A stretch of 64,000 nucleotides of DNA from an uncultured Syntrophaceae bacterium. GTDB lineage: Bacteria > Desulfobacterota > Syntrophia > Syntrophales > UBA8958. Below, one piece after another: positions 57,706-64,000 of the stretch (within the stretch, counting starts at the first letter, position 1; the number at the start of each line of letters is the position of its first letter). A program made the position numbers and the translations under genes. Location of the stretch: contig CAZBME010000006.1 of assembly GCA_964492965.1 (NCBI GenBank), forward strand, positions 5,672 to 69,671, read 5' to 3'. The notes below the pieces were generated by a model. That model made no database searches and was not told the origin of the DNA. It saw only the letters and a list, made by a program, of their open reading frames with translations.

Positions 57706-57993
57706 GACCCCTCCCGTTCGATAGAAGTGAACCCTTTTATTACTGTAAATAAATGCATTGGCTTATGGAAATGAATTTTGAACAGGCAGAGTATATGAAG
57801 CCCAGGGGTCTGCGTCAAGTTTTTTTAAAGAAAATGCCGAATGATTTGAAGTCTCTATGCCGAAAATGACATAGGATGATCCGGTGGAGGGCTTATGGTT
57901 GATCCGTCCGGACGGCATGAGGAACTAAACGGTTGATATAGCGCTGTTTTTGAGACGGGCAATTATCTCCCGTATCGAATGCGGGATAAATTT

Positions 57994-58023
57994 TGAAACA
58001 GGGCGTTTTCCAACGCCCTGTTT
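57994..58023. terminator. Perfect 13-bp-stem hairpin 40 nt downstream of the purF-like gene (terminator-like, no proper U-tract)
   Basis: GAAACAGGGCGTT (57994-58006), loop TTCC, then AACGCCCTGTTTC (58011-58023). On the minus strand it is followed by AAAATTTAT. Confidence 0.4.
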
Positions 58024-58063
58024 CAAGGACGTCGGGACCGCAGTTGTGCCACGTGGCCCGTTA

Positions 58064-59440
58064 TCAGAGGGGACGGACGCCGTCCCAGCATTTCAGGCAG
58101 AGGTCCTGCCGCGGGATGCCCAGGGCGGATACGAAGGCATCTATGCTGTTGTATTTGACGGAGTCGGCATCGATTTGTCCGGCGATCCATGTTTCGAGAC
58201 ATCTCAGATCTTCCAGATCCTGAATCTGGCCTGTGGGAAAACACTGACGGGCCACCAGCTCGTCCAGAGAGCGGGTGGAAACGCCGAAATCGCAGGGATA
58301 CAGCAGAGGAGGGCAGGCAATCCGCACGTGCACTTCCCTGGCCCCGGCCTTTTTAAGGTCCCGGACCTTGTCCCGGATCTGGGTGCCCCGGACGATGGAG
58401 TCATCGCAAATCACGATTTTTTTCCCCTCCACGGCGTATTTCAGGACCGATAGTTTCCGCTTGGCCATCCTTTCCCGGGCACCCTGGCTGGACTGGGTAT
58501 AGCTCCGGTCGGCATAACGGTTATAAAGAAAGACATCCTGGTAATGAATCTTGGAATGTTCATGATAACCCAAGGCGTGGCCGATGCCGGACATGGGCAC
58601 GGGGGCGACGATGTCCGCCGTCATGCCCTGCTCCTCAATGTCACGCTGCGCAAGACTCCGGCCAAGGTGGTTGCGGGCCTCCTGAACGTATAACCCGTCG
58701 ATAATGGAATCGATACTGGCCGTGTAAGCCCATTCGAAACAGCAGTGGGCCTTGCGGGGAGACGGGAGTTGCTTCAGGGTTTGAAATCCCTTCTCATTAA
58801 TCAGGACGATTTCACCCGGCCGGACATCGCGGTAGATGTCCATGTCCATGTTTTGAATGGCCCGCGATTCGGAGCTTACGGCGAAGCGTTTTGCGTCCTG
58901 GCCCAGGATAAGAGGACGGAAGCCGTAAACGTCCCTTGTTGCATAGATGCCTTCCGCGGAGAGGATGACAAGGGCATAGGCCCCTTTGACCCTTTGAGCC
59001 AAAGCCGTGAGGCCGGAGACCATGTCGTCGGCTTCCATGATGGTTTTGGCGATGACTTCGATATTATAACCCCGGTAGAAAGCATGCCCCTGATTCTTCA
59101 TCTCTGCGATCAGGGACTCGGCGTTGATGATGTTCCCGCTGAAGGCAAGCGATATTTCCCCGAGCCTGGATTGCCATGTCATGGGTTGCCTTTCCCAGAG
59201 ACTCACATGCCCTATGCCCCATCGGCCGTGAAGATATTCAAGATCCTGCTCCGAAAAGGCAATACCGGCCTTGCCGTGGTGAGTTACCTGACGGATGCCC
59301 TTGTCATAGGTGGAAATGCCGCAGAATTCCTGCCCCCGGTGCTGAAGAAAGTCAATGCCGTTGTAGATATCATAGGTGCAAGGAGACTGGGAGTAGAGAC
59401 CAAAAATGCCGCAGTTGTCTTTTAGTTCGCTCATAACCAT
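58064..59440 (-). CDS. Divergent amidophosphoribosyltransferase-like protein (Ntn-GATase plus PRTase plus Fe-S Cys pattern), second copy
   Basis: 458 aa. It keeps NCGIFGLYS, HRGQEFCGI, FSGNI, ICDDSIVRGTQ and the Cys residues (AHCCFEW, ACPPLLYPCDFG, CLKCWDG). However, the canonical GHVRYSTTG reads GHVSLWERQ. Confidence 0.7.
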   Translation of the reverse strand: MVMSELKDNCGIFGLYSQSPCTYDIYNGIDFLQHRGQEFCGISTYDKGIRQVTHHGKAGIAFSEQDLEYLHGRWGIGHVSLWERQPMTWQSRLGEISLAFSGNIINAESLIAEMKNQGHAFYRGYNIEVIAKTIMEADDMVSGLTALAQRVKGAYALVILSAEGIYATRDVYGFRPLILGQDAKRFAVSSESRAIQNMDMDIYRDVRPGEIVLINEKGFQTLKQLPSPRKAHCCFEWAYTASIDSIIDGLYVQEARNHLGRSLAQRDIEEQGMTADIVAPVPMSGIGHALGYHEHSKIHYQDVFLYNRYADRSYTQSSQGARERMAKRKLSVLKYAVEGKKIVICDDSIVRGTQIRDKVRDLKKAGAREVHVRIACPPLLYPCDFGVSTRSLDELVARQCFPTGQIQDLEDLRCLETWIAGQIDADSVKYNSIDAFVSALGIPRQDLCLKCWDGVRPL

Positions 59441-59448
59441 CCTTTAAA

Positions 59449-59510
59449 GATCAATGATCAATCAACCGTTGTCAATTATCACGAGAGGGGCCTTTAATTG
59501 ATAATTGATC
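59449..59510. repeat. Operator-like repeat array between carB copy 2 and the purF-like gene
   Basis: GATCAATGATCAAT (59449-59462) matches the reverse complement of ATTGATAATTGATC (59497-59510) at 13 of 14 positions. An internal third copy, TCAATTATCA (59472-59481), is a perfect 10-bp inverted repeat with TGATAATTGA (59499-59508). Confidence 0.5.
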
Positions 59511-59521
59511 ATGGGCCATTG

Positions 59522-62725
<3,204 letters not shown>

Positions 62726-62913
62726 GGGGAAATCTCCTTGATTTGTCACGAATTTGTATCGATATGCTGCATTTTTTGAACATAATTGTCTAAAAGTCTG
62801 CGTTATATAGGAAAGTTGTCGGGCGATGTCAAGGAGTATTGTGCTAATGACTATATCATTGAATTTACGGCTGCAACGACTTGGTTCACCCGTATTTGCG
62901 AACCATTTTTATC

Positions 62914-62941
62914 TTGACAATGTTTATACCCTTAGTATAGA
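62914..62941 (+). promoter_or_regulatory. Sigma-70-type promoter candidate for the 3-hydroxyacyl-CoA dehydrogenase gene
   Basis: TTGACA (62914-62919), 16 nt, then TATAGA (62936-62941), 46 nt upstream of ATG 62987. Confidence 0.45.
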
Positions 62942-62986
62942 AATCCACGAGAAATTGCTTATTAATAAATTTAAAGAGGTGATGAA

Positions 62987-63856
62987 ATGAAGATTGATGC
63001 TGTGAAGAATGTATGTGTGGTCGGAGCAGGCAACATGGGACATCAGATTGCACTCCAGTGCGCCCTTTCCGGGTTCAAAACGGTAAGCACGGATGTTATC
63101 CCGGCAGTCCTCGAGAAGGCCGAGAAGTTTGTCGATTCCTACCTGGCCGGGCGTGTGCAAAAGGGAAAAATGACGGAAGATGCGGCGAAAACCGCCAGAG
63201 GCCTGATCTCGTTTACCGGCGACCTGAAAGAAGCCGTAAAGGATGCCGACGTGGTTATTGAGGCGGTTCTGGAAAGAATCGACCTGAAGCGCAAGATTTT
63301 TGCCGATCTGGACAAAATGGCTCCGGCCGGTGCCATTCTGGCCACGAACAGCTCTTTCATCGTCAGCTCCCGTATTGCCGACGTCACCAGCCGGCCCTCC
63401 CAGGTCGTCAACCTCCACTTCTTCAACCCGGCCCTCGTTATGAAACTGGTTGAAGTTGTCCAGGGGCCCCACGTTTCCGACGAAACGGCACAGTGCATGA
63501 TGGATTTCTGTCTGAAGATCGAAAAAGTACCTATCCTTATTAAGAAGGAAGTGGACGGCTTTGTTCTGAACCGTATTTTCAGTGTTATTTCCAGAGAAGC
63601 CCTCTGGATGCTCGAAATGGGCGTTGCCTCCGCTGAGGATATCGACAAGGCTTGCGTCTATGGCGCCGGTCACCCCATGGGCCCCTTCCGCCTCAACGAC
63701 CTGACGGGTATCGACCTGACTTACGATATCTGCATGGGCCGGTTTTATGCATCAGGCGATACGGCAGACCTGCCGACACCCAGCGTCGTCAAAAAGTACG
63801 CCGAGGGTAAGTTCGGCCAGAAAACCGGTGAAGGCTGGTACAGCTACAAGAAATAG
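62987..63856 (+). CDS. 3-hydroxyacyl-CoA (3-hydroxybutyryl-CoA) dehydrogenase
   Basis: 289 aa with VCVVGAGNMGHQIALQCALSGF, NSSF, HFFNPA and GFVLNRI. RBS AAAGAGGTG. Confidence 0.9.
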   Translation: MKIDAVKNVCVVGAGNMGHQIALQCALSGFKTVSTDVIPAVLEKAEKFVDSYLAGRVQKGKMTEDAAKTARGLISFTGDLKEAVKDADVVIEAVLERIDLKRKIFADLDKMAPAGAILATNSSFIVSSRIADVTSRPSQVVNLHFFNPALVMKLVEVVQGPHVSDETAQCMMDFCLKIEKVPILIKKEVDGFVLNRIFSVISREALWMLEMGVASAEDIDKACVYGAGHPMGPFRLNDLTGIDLTYDICMGRFYASGDTADLPTPSVVKKYAEGKFGQKTGEGWYSYKK

Positions 63857-63886
63857 ATTGCCGGACCATCGCGAGCTTATCAAAAC

Positions 63887-63920
63887 GCGCCCCGGGGGAT
63901 CCTCCCGGGGCGTTTTTTTA
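63887..63920 (+). terminator. Rho-independent terminator
   Basis: CGCCCCGGG (63888-63896) pairs with CCCGGGGCG (63904-63912) around the loop GGATCCT, followed by TTTTTTT (63913-63919). Confidence 0.8.
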
Positions 63921-64000
63921 TTATGACCGGATCATCGTCAGCATCATCTTGAATTTCCCGATGGCTTTCAAGGCATGGGATTCACTTGCGGGCATGATGA

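Noticed and set aside
59471-59510. Fur-box interpretation of the TGATAAT / ATTATCA half sites.
   Set aside because: The halves are in inverted order and 17 bp apart, instead of the 7-1-7 Fur arrangement. No iron-related genes are adjacent.
63921-64000. Possible 3' end of a minus-strand gene at the right edge (...MPASESHALKAIGKFKMMLTMIRS, stop at about 63924).
   Set aside because: Only about 25 codons are visible and no motif is recognisable, so there is insufficient evidence to call a feature.

Overview
This is a 64-kb bacterial window. Most genes look about 55-60% GC from hand counts on a few lines. The gene content (HdrL/MvhD, glutaconate-type CoA-transferase, tungsten AOR, four-subunit OFOR, sigma-54 control) suggests an anaerobic syntroph or sulfate-reducer-type Deltaproteobacteria/Thermodesulfobacteriota-like genome; that assignment is inference. 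I can support 41 protein-coding genes, one of them truncated at the left edge. I saw no rRNA, tRNA, CRISPR array, transposase or integrase.

Layout:
- 1-8.6 kb: a tightly packed minus-strand operon joins a delta-alpha-beta-gamma 2-oxoacid:ferredoxin oxidoreductase to HdrL, MvhD and an HdrD-like CCG protein, followed by a separate HdrA gene.
- 9-17.4 kb: a vWA-OmpA protein, then a divergent CoA-transferase / AtoE-SDR-BKACE-OCD catabolic cluster.
- 17.4-21.7 kb: a visibly lower-GC block with a TPR protein, an acyl-CoA dehydrogenase and two SDRs.
- 21.7-62.7 kb: a dense nitrogen/glutamine hub. It holds two different split glutamate-synthase-like operons, each behind a good sigma-54 promoter, and one is headed by an FAD-oxidase/Fe-S protein. 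It also holds type III glutamine synthetase, a GAF-sigma-54 activator, gdhA co-oriented with an archaeal-type NrpR repressor homologue, and carA-guaA-carB-purF. A second carB plus divergent purF-like pair has no carA. A degenerate KaiC-like/PPDK_N protein, a multi-PAS hybrid kinase and an AOR::Fe-ADH fusion gene are also here.
- 63 kb: a 3-hydroxyacyl-CoA dehydrogenase with a clean terminator.

The most unusual items are:
- the FAD-oxidase-led GOGAT-like operon
- the AOR-ADH fusion
- the OFOR-HdrL operon
- the bacterial NrpR
- the duplicated carB-purF pair

All functional calls come from reading motifs in the translated ORFs by eye. No database search was possible.
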